DNA of 64,000 nucleotides from Anthoceros angustus. Taxonomy: Eukaryota > Plantae > Anthocerotophyta. Every line of letters begins with the position of its first letter. Position 1 is the stretch's first letter. The notes beneath the pieces were generated by a model. The model searched no databases. It was not told where the DNA came from and saw nothing but the letters and a program-made list of their open reading frames with translations. The position numbers and the translations under genes were made by a program. The DNA is taken from NCBI GenBank assembly GCA_010909165.1, contig VJWM01000103.1, positions 992,001 to 1,056,000 on the forward strand, read 5' to 3'. Shown here piece by piece: positions 37,942 through 51,003 of the stretch.

Positions 37942-39804
37942 ATGAAGGTGCGCCGTGCAGGCCCAGGGTGCAGGGCGTGCTGGATTGCAGCACAGCTGCT
38001 TTGTTTGTGTGTGGGATTGGGAGTTTGCAGCCGGGTTGGGCACGGGGATGAGGAGGCGGGGGAGGCGGCGTCGGCGGGGTGGCAGGAGGTGAGCAACGTG
38101 GTGGGCAAGGTGTTGCAGGTGCGGAATGGGCAGGAGAAGTATGTGTGGCCGGCGCTGGAGATGGGGACCCCAGGCTGGTGGCGGCGCTCGTGTTGGCGCG
38201 GTGGGCGCCTGCCTGTCCAGCGCCGGGGGGGTAGGCGGGGGCGGGCTCTACGTGCCGCTCTTCGACCTGCTGGTGGGATTCGACGCCAAGACGGCGACGG
38301 CGCTGTCCAATGTCATGATTCTGGGGGGCAGCGTGTCCAATTTGGGGCTGAATTTGGGGCGGCTGCACCCGGATCCGGAGCTGGACGGGCAGCCGCTCAT
38401 CGATTTCGACGCGGCATTGCTGCTGTTGCCCAGCATGCTGCTGGGGATCAGTCTGGGAGTGATTGCCAATGTCATGCTGCCCGGCTGGATGATCATCGCC
38501 CTCTTGGCCTCCACTTTGGGGTACATGACGTCCAGGAGCGTGCGGGCAGCCATGAGGCGCTGGGCGAACGAGTCGCTGTTGAAGCAGGGGCCTGGTTTGT
38601 CGGAGTGCGTCCAGTCTGACAGCAAGGATTCGGAGAGCGGGGACCTGCACACGCCGTTGTTGCTGTCCACGCAGCCGTCGGGTACCTTGGGCGAGTTCGG
38701 GGGAGAGGGTGCAGAGGATCATGGGCTCCACTGCACTCCTGCCGCGGTTGCTCGTGATCGCGCGATTCACAAACTGTGGCCTGTGGAGAAGTTGGGGATG
38801 CTCGCTCTCGTGTGGTTCGTCTTCTTTGCCATTCAAGCGGTTCGAGGTGGCAACTCCGGCCAGGTTAGATTTTAAACTTGTCCAGAGCTGTATGCATCAA
38901 TGGCGGCATGCTGGCAACCTGACGACATGCCATATCAATCTGCTGCAGAGCTTGTTCAATGTCAAACCATGTGGCCTGGCATACTGGCTATTGACAGCCT
39001 GTCTGATGCCTGTCTCTTTAGGATTCACATCCTGGACTGCTGCCATACAGGCCCGAGACAAGGCCAGCGACGAGGGCACCGTGGGTGAGCAGGTACTACT
39101 GCTTGAAAGTCCTTCATTCTGCTTGCAACTGCTCCACTCGTTTGAACGAACTCTACTGTGCACTACTAGGTCTATCTTCTTTGAAGTATCTGCTTTAGGC
39201 TGAAGTGTGTTTTGCACCTCCTTTTGGAAGGTACACAAGGGTGGTGTTCTGGTGCCAGTGATGGCATTCCTTGCAGGACTGCTTGGAGGCATGTTGGGGA
39301 TTGGCGGAGGCATAATTGTCAATCCTCTTTTTCTGGAGATGGGGATGCTCCCACAGGTAACTGTCCACTCGCACTGTCGGAGTAAACAAAGCTTTGCTTA
39401 CTCTCTCATTGCTTCATTTCCATATGATTTGACAAAGTTTTCTCTAAACCGTCATTAGCTTACCGTGCAATCGTTTTTGTTCCCACATTCAACAGGTGAC
39501 TGCTGCCACGTGTTCTTTCATGCTCTTCTTTTCCTCCTCCTCGTCTGTGGTCCAGTATTGGATGCTGGGCCGTATCCCAGGGAAGCATGCTATTCTGTTT
39601 GCTGCCATTAGCTTTGTGTTTTCGGCGGTGGGGCAGATGGTTGTTCAGCGTGTCATCGTGCGATATGGGAGGGCTTCTGTTATCGTCTTCTCTGTCTCGG
39701 CTGTTATGGGCCTGAGTGCCTTAACAATGGCAGGTTTTGGGGGCTATGATGTTGTCCAGCAATATCTTCTAGGTGAATATATGGGCTTCCATCGACCTTG
39801 TTGA
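37942..39804 (+). CDS. TauE/SafE family protein, copy 2 (two 1-bp deletions at ~38165-38200: pseudogene or sequence error)
   Basis: Exon-by-exon paralog of copy 1 (SAGGVGGGGLYVPLFDLLVGFDAK; GGMLGIGGGIIVNPLFLEMG; EYMGFHRPC-stop). Confidence 0.82.
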
Positions 39805-41358
39805 ATCACCCTCCCTTATCAAATCCTGTAAGCAGAGCAGGGACGTGCATCATGGCCTATGATTGCACAAAGAGATGGCAACCTAGGTAGTTTAACTTTC
39901 ACGACGACAATTGTTTGTGTTATGCCAGTATGTACACTGGTAGAGTCAATTGGCATGACAATTCTTTTCCTAGTTTACAGAGCTGGGGATTTCGGTTATG
40001 CACCTGTCGCAACTTACAATTCTTAACCATACTGTTGGGGTAGTATGCTGGCTAGTCCAACTTTAGAAACACACTTGGGGTAGTATGCTGGCTAGTCCAA
40101 CTTTAGAAACACACTCCTGGGATGATGCAGAATCTTTTGAGTTGGCCTCATCCCAGATATGTACATTATAAAGCGTAGCGAGGAGAGTGATTAAAGCTCA
40201 TTCTTGTCATATTCCGGCATGTATTTTTTCCTACATGTTCCATACATATTTGTCTCCATGAAGACGTCGGTCCTTGCGTCCAAGATACCGGACCATGCCG
40301 TTACCGAAGGTCGCTTCATCCCCCCTGAAGTCTATGCCATCCATCAGATTATCCATACCAGTTTAAGAGTACATACTAATAGTACAACCCTGTGGCTGCA
40401 TAACGTGGAGTTTCTTGCCGGGCTGGCAGCGAGTCTATGCCATCCATCAGATTATCCATACTAGTTTAAGAGTACATACTAATATTACAACCCTGTGGCT
40501 GCATAACGTGGAGTTTCTTGCCGGGCTAGTAGCTCGCTGCGATGTCATGTTTGTCATAGCTCGTGAAAGCGGCTATAGCCTGGAGGAAGTGAGGGTACAT
40601 TGTTTGAACAGGCCGCTCAATCAGGGTTGACTTATACTTTGTCCGTGATGACTAGGTGATGTCCGTGATGACGTGGTAGTTAGTGACTCTGTTCGAGGCA
40701 CCATCTCCGCTTAAGTAATCACTAATCGTCCCGGTTGGGCTGTCGTCGGTACTGCAGATCTGAAGGTCGGAAAGTATAGCGGATCTCAAGGTCAGAAAGT
40801 ATAGCGGGATGCAAGCGGCCACTTCTTTATTCCGCTCGCACTCGAAACATATGGGACAATGGCTACGGCCTTCTATCAATTTCTCAAGTCTTGTGCCAGA
40901 TCCTACCACGCCCGCAAGTATGGCGCGAGTTGTCCTTTTCTTATTTTACAACTTACTTCAAACAGCAAGTCTTCATTGCCCTTCAAAGGTTCTCTCGACG
41001 TTAATCCTTCACAAGGCGGCGACAGGTAAGTGACGCTCTTTCCTCTTCCTCTGACGACAGGTAAGTAACGCTCTTTCCTCTTCCTCCATCATTTGCGGAC
41101 TATTTTTTGGCCATTTCTTCTTTTCTCGCGAGAAAACGATCAGATTAGATTAGAAGTAGCAAGCACTGCAGTGGATTACAAGATGAAAACCTCTCATGGG
41201 GAGACCTGATCAAAACGTGCAGCCTGTTAATCGTCTTGCAGGAAAGCACCATCTCCCAAAGGCACCTATGCTAACCTCACATCCCTTGAAGTTTGTTGCT
41301 GTAGCTCCAAGATGATAAAGAATTCTTACAAAGCTCCGGACAAAGTTCTTCTTCTCAC

Positions 41359-41912
41359 GGCCATTTGTTCTTCCTGCATATGACGTTCTAGGAGTAATAG
41401 GCCATTCGTTCTAGGAGTAATAGTAGGCCATTTGTTCTTCCTGCATATGACGTTCTAGGAGTAATAGACAATTTGTTCTTTCTACATATGACGTTCTAGG
41501 AGTAATAGGCCATTTGTTCTTCCTGCATATAACGTTCTAAGAGTAATAGGGTACTTTAGATAAAGAACTTAGTGCCTCTTTTTCACCTTGAAATTCGAGG
41601 TCCATCTTCATTGTAACGAGGCCTGGTTACTTGAGTTTCGAGGCCTGGTTACTTCAGTTTTCCGTCTAGGACCCTTGCAACTCAGCTCTTCTTTTTCACC
41701 TTGAAATTCGAGGTCCATCTTCATTGTAACGAGGCCTGGTTACTAGAGTTTCGACACCTGGTTACTTCAGTTTTCCGTCTAGGACCCTTGCAACTCAGCT
41801 CTTCTTTTTCACCTTGAAATTCGAGGTCCATCTTCATTGTAACGAGGCCTGGTTACTTGAGTTTCGAGGCCTGGTTACTTGAGTTTTCCGTCTAGGACCC
41901 TTGCAACTCAGC
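41359..41912. repeat. Adjacent tandem arrays: ~41-44-bp x4-5 and 113-bp x3
   Basis: GGCCATTTGTTCTTCCTGCATATGACGTTCTAGGAGTAATA units; CTTTTTCACCTTGAAATTCGAGGTCC at 41578, 41691 and 41804. Confidence 0.88.
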
Positions 41913-42908
41913 TATTGATACTTCACTCCAACTTTGTGGGTTAGGTCTCATGCAGCGAGCTTCAGGTCACAAGTCTCTGCTGAGTGTGGGCGCTTATGTA
42001 ATATGTAGGGGGCTGCCTGCCATATGTACTATGTAGGGAGTGGCCTGCCACTGTTGCAGAGGTTCAAACGAATTGAGGAGCATCTATGCCGATCTTTCTT
42101 TCAAATACTGTCTTAACTCTTGTCAAATCTGACCTGTACGAACTAGAAGGAAAAATGTCAACAAAAATATTACAGCTGAGACTCAGAATTTTCGCTCGGA
42201 AGAGCTTTCTTCACATCATGCGGCATTTCCAATCATGCGCTAATTGACATAGTACACAGCTAATGTCCTCCACCGGCTTCAAGCCTTTTCCAACTGTTTT
42301 TGGATGCTTGTAAACTACGAAGCTTGACAGAAAAACCTGACATAGATGGATAGCTGCCTGCAATATGAAGCGTCAAACGCAACCAGTTTCAAGATTGGCG
42401 AAGGTAATATCCGATGACGAGCTTGTTTGCTCCAGCACCGTTTCGTGCGGCAGATGTTTGTACAGGGCATTCGACGAAAATGTCAATGCCCAGGATGACG
42501 ATTCTTCCCCCCTTGCACATGGTGTCCCATCTTCTGGGTCACACCATCTGTGCAATCACAATATTCATGTCAGCGATACCCAAACACACGGTTCAGTTCT
42601 ACTTCTGCTGCATCCTGCTTGGGTCCCAGGTCGTTTCGTGGCATTGCAGAAGTATAGAAATCGACGATCCTTCTGATATAATATACATTCCAGCAGGACT
42701 TCGGAGGGGCAAGTTTGCCAACGGAAAGTCTTCCATCATCAAGACTCCTGTACTGCCAGATGAAAAAACAACCTTCTGCGTCTGTCCCTTGCAGACCAGG
42801 TTATAGCTCTGCAAACGCACAATCCCAATGAAAGATGTTACATATCCGCCAGCGCATATAACCTCGCTGATAGTATGAGGTGCTATACAGACAGGAGATT
42901 ATAAAACA

Positions 42909-44847
42909 CTATCGTTTCATGCTTAACAAGCGCTCGGTAATTGTGCCTGCATGTAAGAAACATACTCGGTTACAGCAAGTACTGGCAACCAGAACCTCCG
43001 TTTGGGGCGTACAGACAAAAGGAAACAAGCAAAGGAAGTAAGGAGTGGATGCTGACCAGTGAGATCATCCTGCATAATGCTGACTGTTCTGCATTTTTCC
43101 AGAAGCTCAGCAATCACCAATCTGGTCAGGAGGAGTCCTGATACCAGGGCTGAAAACATCAACATGTAGAAAACACTGTTCCAGCCCCACTGAGAAATAT
43201 ACCCCGTGAGCAAAGGCCCCATGGCAGCTCCCACAGAACCTGTTCCATCGATGATGGCAGTCACAGTGGAAAGCGCTCTTGCATTTCCCTTCAGTGACTC
43301 ATGTGTACCTAAGTCAGCTGAAACTGCTGTGGTGATGAGGGCATATGGCCCGTTAATGCACATGCCCATGAGCAGCATAAGGAAGATGTTCACGTAGATG
43401 GAAATATAACCATACGATCGAAACATGAACAGTGCTGGGATGGCCAGGTACATAAAACTTGCTGCCGTGACAGCTCGCCCTTTCATTCGATCGGATATGA
43501 ACCCGGCCAAGATACCCCCTATAACACCTCCCACATCGTACATAGTAGAAAGGTTTCCGGAATCCTGTCCATTCAGATATCGACCGCCAATCTCTGCAAT
43601 CAACAGGCCGAATAATCAGCAAGTGCAACTATCACCTCCCACATGTTGAAAAGGACATTTCGGCAAGGTGGCAGACGCAGTTGAGATTGCTCACCAGTAC
43701 TTCTGATGTAGAATGGCAGCCAGTCCGTGAACGTGTAGGCAACCAACTTGGCAAAGAAGAGACAGAAAGCGAACGGAGCCACTCCCGGGATGGTCCACGC
43801 CTCCAAGAAGCTGACTGCTCTCATCTCCTCCGTGTTCCCATCCTTGGGACGCTGCAACAAGCCTGCCTCCTCCTCAGAGGTTGTCCCCCCTTTCTCCAAA
43901 GCATCTGCCGACGCGTCGTCACGAGCAGCCCCAACTACATCGGCCTGCTCGACCTCTGCCTCCTCCTCCTCCTCCTCCTCAGTCGGAGATGTATGTCCCA
44001 CGTCCGAAGGCTGCACAGCCAGGAACAGGAAGACTATACCGCCTCCAACAATCATCATGAGGCCGGAAACCATGAAAGCCCAGCCCCATCCGTACTTGAG
44101 CACCGCAGAGGAAATGAGAGAGCCTGCGATGTTCCCGACAGAGGTGTGCGCGTTCCAGACGCCCATGATGAAACCTCTCTGGCCCTTCCCGAACCAATTG
44201 GCCATCACCGAGACAACAGACGGCCAGCCAGTGGACTGAAACAGCCCCGCCAGCATCTGCATCACCAGGTAGAAGGAGAAAGAATGGATGTCCAACCAGT
44301 ACCCGACGCCAAACAAACACACGAAGAGGCCACTTCCGAGCATCCCGACCGTCAGAAATAGCCTGAGATCGGTGCGATCTCCGATGTGCCCGGCGAAGTA
44401 CATCCCAACTGCGTAGCACGCCAGAAAGCCAAGATCGATCTCTCCAAGCTTCACCTTCCCGTCCGCGGTGTTGAACGGGGCCCATCCCGCGCGCTCCCCA
44501 AACGATCCCGCCACACTCACCGCAGGCCCCGGAGCTGCCGCTCCCGCCACCGCCTCCGACAAACTCCCATGCGGCAACGACCCGTTCAGCCCCCGCCAAT
44601 GAAAAGAGTATCCCACATGGTTGCTCCACGCAGAGTGGGAGAGCGCGTTCAAACCTAGCTCCGCCTCCTCCTCCGGATCCAACACGCTCTTCACAATGCT
44701 AGGGGGCTTCCGCGCCTCGTGGTAAAGAGCGTAGGTGAGGAACGTCACGGCAAGCACAAGCACTCTGTAGGTGTTGAAGCTGAAATTGGACTTGGTAAAC
44801 CTCCTGGCAAACGTCAAGCCGGGGGGAGCGCTGCTCCTCCGCGCCAT
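42909..44847 (-). CDS. Glycerol-3-phosphate transporter (plant G3Pp / SLC37-like MFS), 3 exons
   Basis: [79 protein letters not shown] and [43 protein letters not shown]. Confidence 0.93.
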
Positions 44848-46220
44848 CTTCAGAGCAGAGCGGCTCACCACGTCAGGCACCGCGACTGCCCTGCCCTGGC
44901 CCGGCCCGGCCCCGGCCCCGGCCCCGGCCCCCTCAGAGCGATGGAAACACTCTCAAAATCATGACTACTCTCCGATCTACGCTGCGCCTAGTCCCGCACC
45001 CCGCCCCCCGCAACGATCGATGAAAAACGAAACAGCTACCGAGAAAACACCGCCCCTGCCACAGATCTATGCGCACATGCGAAACGGCAGCGAAAATTTC
45101 ACCAAACTCCCACCGACACGAAGGAAATGGCGACCTCCAGGACGATGCGGCGTCTCAAACACTCTCCCGGTGCTGCATTCCTAGGTGGATTGCAATGCTA
45201 CGACACACCCGCGAGCAAGCACGTATAGACGAAACAAAATTCAAGATGGTCAGTCCTCCACAAAGAGTCCTACCAGCGAGGGCTACCCCCGTGAGCTAAA
45301 TCTGCCTACAGCGAGACGACACGCAGGGAATATGCGTGATCGAACGGGGCGGTGGCAACGGGGATGGAATATGCGGGGAGAGGGGGACGGTGCGGTCGAG
45401 GCGAATGGCAGGGTTGGGTGGGCGAGAAGGAAGGCAGGCGGGGCGGAGGGCAGGACTACGGCAGGCAGGTGACTCCTTAATAAACAAGTGGCGGACAAGA
45501 GGACGGGGAAGTTAGGCAGCAACTGCCGGCCCCAGCACGGCTAGCATATCCTTGGCATCCCGCCGATGTTGCATATTGGGCAGAATGATGAATGATCCCC
45601 GCATCTTGTGTGTGAATATTCTCATCCACCACCCGACTGCCACGTTCTAGGGTTCCCCTGTATATTGTGTAGGCGGAGTGGATATCCGACAGCATCTATC
45701 CCAGGTGCTTGATACTGTATCCTAGTGAGGCGAGGCGGTCGCCAAGCGCTTTCGCACGGCTGAGGGTTGAGCCCGCAGAGCGCAGCCACCAGCGTGTCAG
45801 CATGGCAGGAAGCAACGAGTGGAGGCTGCCGTGCACGCTCCCCCATGAGGATATTGGACTGCCACACTCATTCGCGGAGGTTATATTGTGAGATCCACTT
45901 CTAGTTACGTTTGTTGGTTTTCGACGCCGATTCTCTTGCAGAGGATCAGGTTGGGTGGCGAGACCTGGGCCTGGAGCTCTCCAAGGTTCCGACATTACGT
46001 AGGTAGACGACGCGCACCATGCGACACACGGTGAGACTGGACTAGCCTAGCCTAGACTTCCTTCCCTCCCCTGCCGGCTACTGCTGTCTTGGTCGAACTG
46101 TGAGTCTGGAACACTGTCCGTGTGCATTCCAAACGCGGAGTCCCTGCCACTGACCACTGACCAGGACTGAGAGTTCGACGCATGTCGTCGATTAGGGCAT
46201 GCATCAGAAACCAACAAGCA

Positions 46221-48650
46221 CTACAGTCCGGGGCTGGGTTTTCTGCTCATGAAGCTGACCATCTCGGACAGGCGTGCGCCCTGACAGTCCTTGGTGTAAG
46301 AGCTTTCTATGCCGGCACCGGCAGCCGCGGCTTCGGCTTCGGCTTGCTGACGCCGCTCCCTCCTCAACCTTCGCTTCGCGGCGCGCCGGCTGACATGGCC
46401 GGGCGGAAGTGGAGATCTTGGCTCCGACGGCCGGTAGTGATGCCAGCGGTCATATGGAAGGAGGGAGTTCAGCAGGGGCCGCAGCTTGGCTGAGCCGGCG
46501 CATGTGCTGGAGCAGCATCCCTTCTTTGCGGCCGTGCACTCTGCGCAGGACCTTCATCCATGGCCACAAGACTTGCAAGAATGATGTCCGGCACGCAGAT
46601 GGTTGGGCCACAAAGAAATGCAAGGTGAGGTCTGTACACGTACAGGAAGAGTTCGTTGCACTCCACGTTGGCACAGTTCCGGTGACGAGGCTCCGGGAGG
46701 GGCTTGTCACAGAAGACACATCTTGCACAGGGTTCCGCCTCCCAGGAGCAGGAGTTGGCCTCTTCCTCCGACAGTGATGTGGGGTCTTGGTAGGACTTCG
46801 GGGGGACAGCGAGGCGGGAGTCGAAGACAAACAGATTTCCCAGCCAGTTTGAGGAACCTTCTTCTTTCAAGTACCGGGCCACGCCTCCCTTCAAGGCGTA
46901 CAGGTTCTTAAACCCCTGTTGCCTGCAGGCAGTTGATGTTAAGGCAAGGCGTCCACACTTGTGAGGGACAGGAGACCTTCCAAGCAGTTCACGCACACAA
47001 ACATTACCTGAGCATCGTGGAATAAACATCACAGCGAATCCCTCCTGTACAATACATCATGACATCCACCTTCTCCTTATCCACCCCAGCCAATGGATCA
47101 CTATCCACACTCTGCACAAAAAAAGCACATGATTTAAAACTTGTGTGCACAGTTCCACGCAGTATCTCCGCAATTTAGGCAATTCAGAGCTTTCGCCGTA
47201 AACTGCACCTTAATCTCAGAAAAGCCGAACTCCGTCTCCTTGAAGCAATCTACTTCCGGCCTTTGAGCTCCTTTAAAGTGCCCAACATCCCACTCATACC
47301 CTGGTGAAAGTCGAATCCAGGGCAAAAAAGAGTAGTGAGAAGGGAAATGTCCTACCCAGTGCGGAGCTGTGCAGCAACAAAGGGACAGAAGTTATCATAT
47401 CAAGCGATACCATTTCTAACATCCAACAGGAGAACCTTGTTCAAATTTGTGTGCTCTGAATCCGCTTTCAGGTCAGCTGATGAAGAGGCAGCATCCTCAA
47501 GCCTTTCACGCCACTCAGCTGGTGTGAGCGGGATGGCTCTTGCTGCCACATCTGTGAGTGGTAAACACGCTGTGCCGCCTTCAACCTACAGCAGCGGCCA
47601 GCCAAAGACATGAAGACACGAAGGAAAGAAAGAGAGAAAGAAAGAGAGCTCCTCTTTCCCAAAAGACAGCTGCAACAGGTTCGAATCTAGCACATCCTTA
47701 TGCTTGCAACCACGTCCACAAGAGAAACCATACGTCCTGATGGTTAGGACATGCCTGTACAAGAGAAGGCTTATACCGAAGTTTGAGTCGAGGGAAAGCA
47801 TGCCCCTGAGGTGACGGAGAGATTTGCAGATACATTCCAGCAAACCTGATGTCCTCCTTCACCCAGTTTGCATACGCCAGTGCATCTTCTGACGGCCCAC
47901 TAAGCTGTAACACAAAGTGAAACACTCGTTACCCAGCTGCATGCAAGCACGCCTCAGCTCTCAGGGTAGGTCACGAGAAACCCTCCATGTTCAGAAGAAA
48001 AACAAAACACCAAGACCAAAGGACAACCTGGGCATTGATCCCTTGATGATTGATGTAGATTCGTCCTCTTATCTCTCTGCTCTGCAATCTATGCAAACCC
48101 GTAGAGCGTTAATTACTCCCCTGCCAAACACTACACACATCAAACCACACACCAACAAGCTGCAACCATTATACTTGAAGACAACCTGAACGAAATCCCA
48201 ATGCCGTGCCACCTCGACCTCGGGATCCTCCAGCTCCACGAAGTGATAAAAATTGAGCACCAAAAACCCTTCAGTCCCTCCAACAGCAGCCCCCGCCACC
48301 TCATCGTCGGAGCAGCAGTCCTCATCCGCGGATTCCGAATCACTGCACCCCGCTGGCCCTTCCACGGCCCACGGCTCTGCCAGCTGTTGCGCCCCATAAA
48401 GGCGTGCCTGTATCCCAACCTCTCTCCTGAACCCGGAGTGACCTCCGGAGGAGCACCGCCATGGCCAGCATAAACACCTCACCGACCAGATCCTGCCTCC
48501 GGATGCCGCACCTGGGCGACCGGTCGCCCACGCCCACCGCCGGCCCCCGCCCGCCAACCCCCATCCCGCTGCAGGTAACCGCAGGTGCAGACGGGACTCC
48601 ATCGCCGTCACATTGTGCGACCTGAAGCCGGCGCACCGGAGCATCGACAT
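46221..48650 (-). CDS. STR8: Rhodanese-like protein of the TrhO/YceA (tRNA U34 hydroxylase) family, STR8-like, with transit peptide
   Basis: VLNFYHFVELEDPEVEVARH, HAFPRLKLRYKPSLVQ, LLDVRNGYEWDVGHFKGA, MMYCTGGIRCDVYS, LYALKGGVARYL..WLGNLFVFDSRL and RHRNCANVECNELFL. Confidence 0.88.
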
Positions 48651-49367
48651 CTCGCACTCCTCCGTAAAACAGGCCCGAATGCGTCCGTAGGGCACCTAAT
48701 CGTCATACGAGTCATACAAAGGCATCCAAGAACGGGAACGGAAGTAGTCCAAGTCCGAGCCCTGTTCACACCGGCCGCGTGGCCGTTTTGAGGCAATGCG
48801 TACAAAGCGGGCGTCACGGGCCGAAGCGCGCCCGACCGGGTCACGGGCGGCCCGCTGCCCCGACCCGCGTGTCCAGCTGCTCATGGAAGCTTCACCAGAT
48901 TTGGCGACCTTGTCTCCACCAAATCTGGCGAGGCTGTCTCCCCGAGCTCAGGATAAAACGCGGGATGAGAGCAAGTCTCTGGCCGGCTGCTTGGGTTTTC
49001 GTTTGATGCGCGGTTTGCAACGTTCTCCAATCGTTCGTCGCCTGCCTAGCTACTGCGCCTGCGCGCGCCTCGCAATCAATACACCGCGCTCGGGGTGGGT
49101 AGCATGCGCAGCGTACTGATGGCACTCGTCTAGCCCAGCAAAAAATCTGGAGGCAGCGGACAAGCCGTCGACAGCTCCACGGGGCCATGACCCGCACGAG
49201 GTCCAGAGAGCGTTACAAAGGCAGATAGACAGACACAAGGCTCTGTAGGCTAAGGCGCGCCCTTGTCACCTCCGCCCATCTCCTGAATTCGTGGAAGGGA
49301 AGTCGATCGGCGAGGGAGGGTGGACGCTGGGAAGCGCTTGCGACTGTGAATCCAGTGAGACCGGAAG

Positions 49368-50516
49368 ATGCCGCACCGGCAGCTGGTGGGCACGTTCCAT
49401 CCGTGCGGCACCATCGCGCGGTACACGGGGCGCGACCACGACTTCAAGAAATCGCTGCACCTGAGCGCCTGGGACTCGCCGCTATGGCCGCGGGGAGTGG
49501 TCGCGACCAGCCTGCTGGGGAAGGCGCTGCACTCCAACTTCATCCTGCCCGCCGCATCGTACCAGAAGATACAGGACATCGCCAAGCCCGGGCGATTGGA
49601 TCCGGCCCCGGAGAGTTCCAAGGCGGCGGTGGAGAGCGTGGCCATGGGGAGCGGCGATCGCACTGCCAAGATCGGCTGCAACAGCTCCAAGCGCAGCGGG
49701 AGCGGCGACCTGGCCAAGCTGCTGCACGCGCAGAAGCCGGTGGAGAAGGAGGTGGAACGCGGCGTGAAGTTGGCGGACTCGGGCACGGCATGGATCGGAT
49801 GCCCGGCCCCGACGATTGACCGCCCGCCGCCGGGCTGTGAACCGATTCACCGCACGCCTCACTTTCCGCCTGCAGCAGCTGCGTCGACACGGGGAAAGGT
49901 ATGCACCTCGCATGGGAACGCGGCGTTGCCAAAGCATATCGTCGACATGGAAGAACACCCATCCCCCAAGGTGAGCGATTTCGACTCTAATCGCGCACAC
50001 CCAGCATTCCGCAGCTGTTGATTGCAATCCTAGCCTTTTTCTCACGCACATGCAAATGTCGATGCCGATGCCGATGCCGTTGGTGTGGTGCGCATGCAGA
50101 AAGCGCCCAGGCCCCCAGCCAAGAGGATGCCGGTAAGAGTGTCCATGACACTGTCCATGACTGGAAACACGTCCAATGCCCTCCACGAGGACGACTCCGT
50201 GCTGCTCATGGTGCCACAGACCACGCTGGGGGAGCGTGTCATCGAGCTTGCTCTTGCAGCGGACGAGTTCGATGGACCACACAATGTGAAACATGAGGAT
50301 CCCAGCCATTTCGCTCTTCTGAGCATGAGGAAGATCTCTGACAACAAGTTTCGGATCGGCCCTCGTAAGTACGCTGACAAGTTTCATTTTGCGGCAACCA
50401 CTTCTGCACTCATCCCAACTCTGCTCTGGTGCGCATGTTGTGCAGTGTTTGACAGAAGGAAACCGGTTGGCGATGCGGGAACTGGATATTTTGCTTTGTG
50501 CAAAACTACCGACTGA
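49368..50516 (+). CDS. Hypothetical protein (at least 3 exons; true start uncertain)
   Basis: GC3-rich ORF (ARYTGRDHDFKKSLHLSAWDSPLWPRG), phase-compatible GT-AG junctions at ~49970/50100 and ~50367/50446, stop at 50516; no family recognised. Confidence 0.55.
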
Positions 50517-51003
50517 CTTTTCATTGCCCTACTCTTTGCACTCATTCGTCCAATCTTACACTAGAGACTCTCGTATGGACTTATGTAGAAAATTATGTTC
50601 AATATACATATTTTTTATAATCAGTTATGTATAATAGAATCTCATTCATTCTATACTCCATTCACCCAACAATGGCCCTTTCATATCCCAGACTAGGGCA
50701 AGTTTCGGAGTGGCAAGTAGTTTCAAGATGGGTGACCACGTCAAGTTTCAAAGTACCAGGTAGTATCAAGATGAGCGATTCGGGTAGTCGCCTTGACCTC
50801 GGGTAGATGAGACTTCCCATTTTTTTTTCTTACATAAGTCTTCTTTTTTCCCCCAAGGACTATAATATAAGGTCTTTATTTTTACTATATTTTGATAAAT
50901 ATTTTATCTAATAAATCTAATATTATTTTTATATAATATATATATGATTCTCTTCTAAGATTCACATAGCCATGGGAATGTACTAGCATGAGTGGAGAAT
51001 GTA

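Noticed and set aside
42365-42820. Overlapping 60-130 aa ORFs downstream of the transporter
   Set aside because: No recognisable motif or consistent splice structure in any frame.
47675-47700. GGTTCGAATC, resembling a tRNA T-loop
   Set aside because: It lies in an STR8 intron and no cloverleaf can be built.
49482-50387. 301-aa minus-strand ORF (likewise 37871-38836, 43681-44361 and 54309-54845)
   Set aside because: These are antisense shadows of GC3-rich genes on the opposite strand, with no independent motifs.
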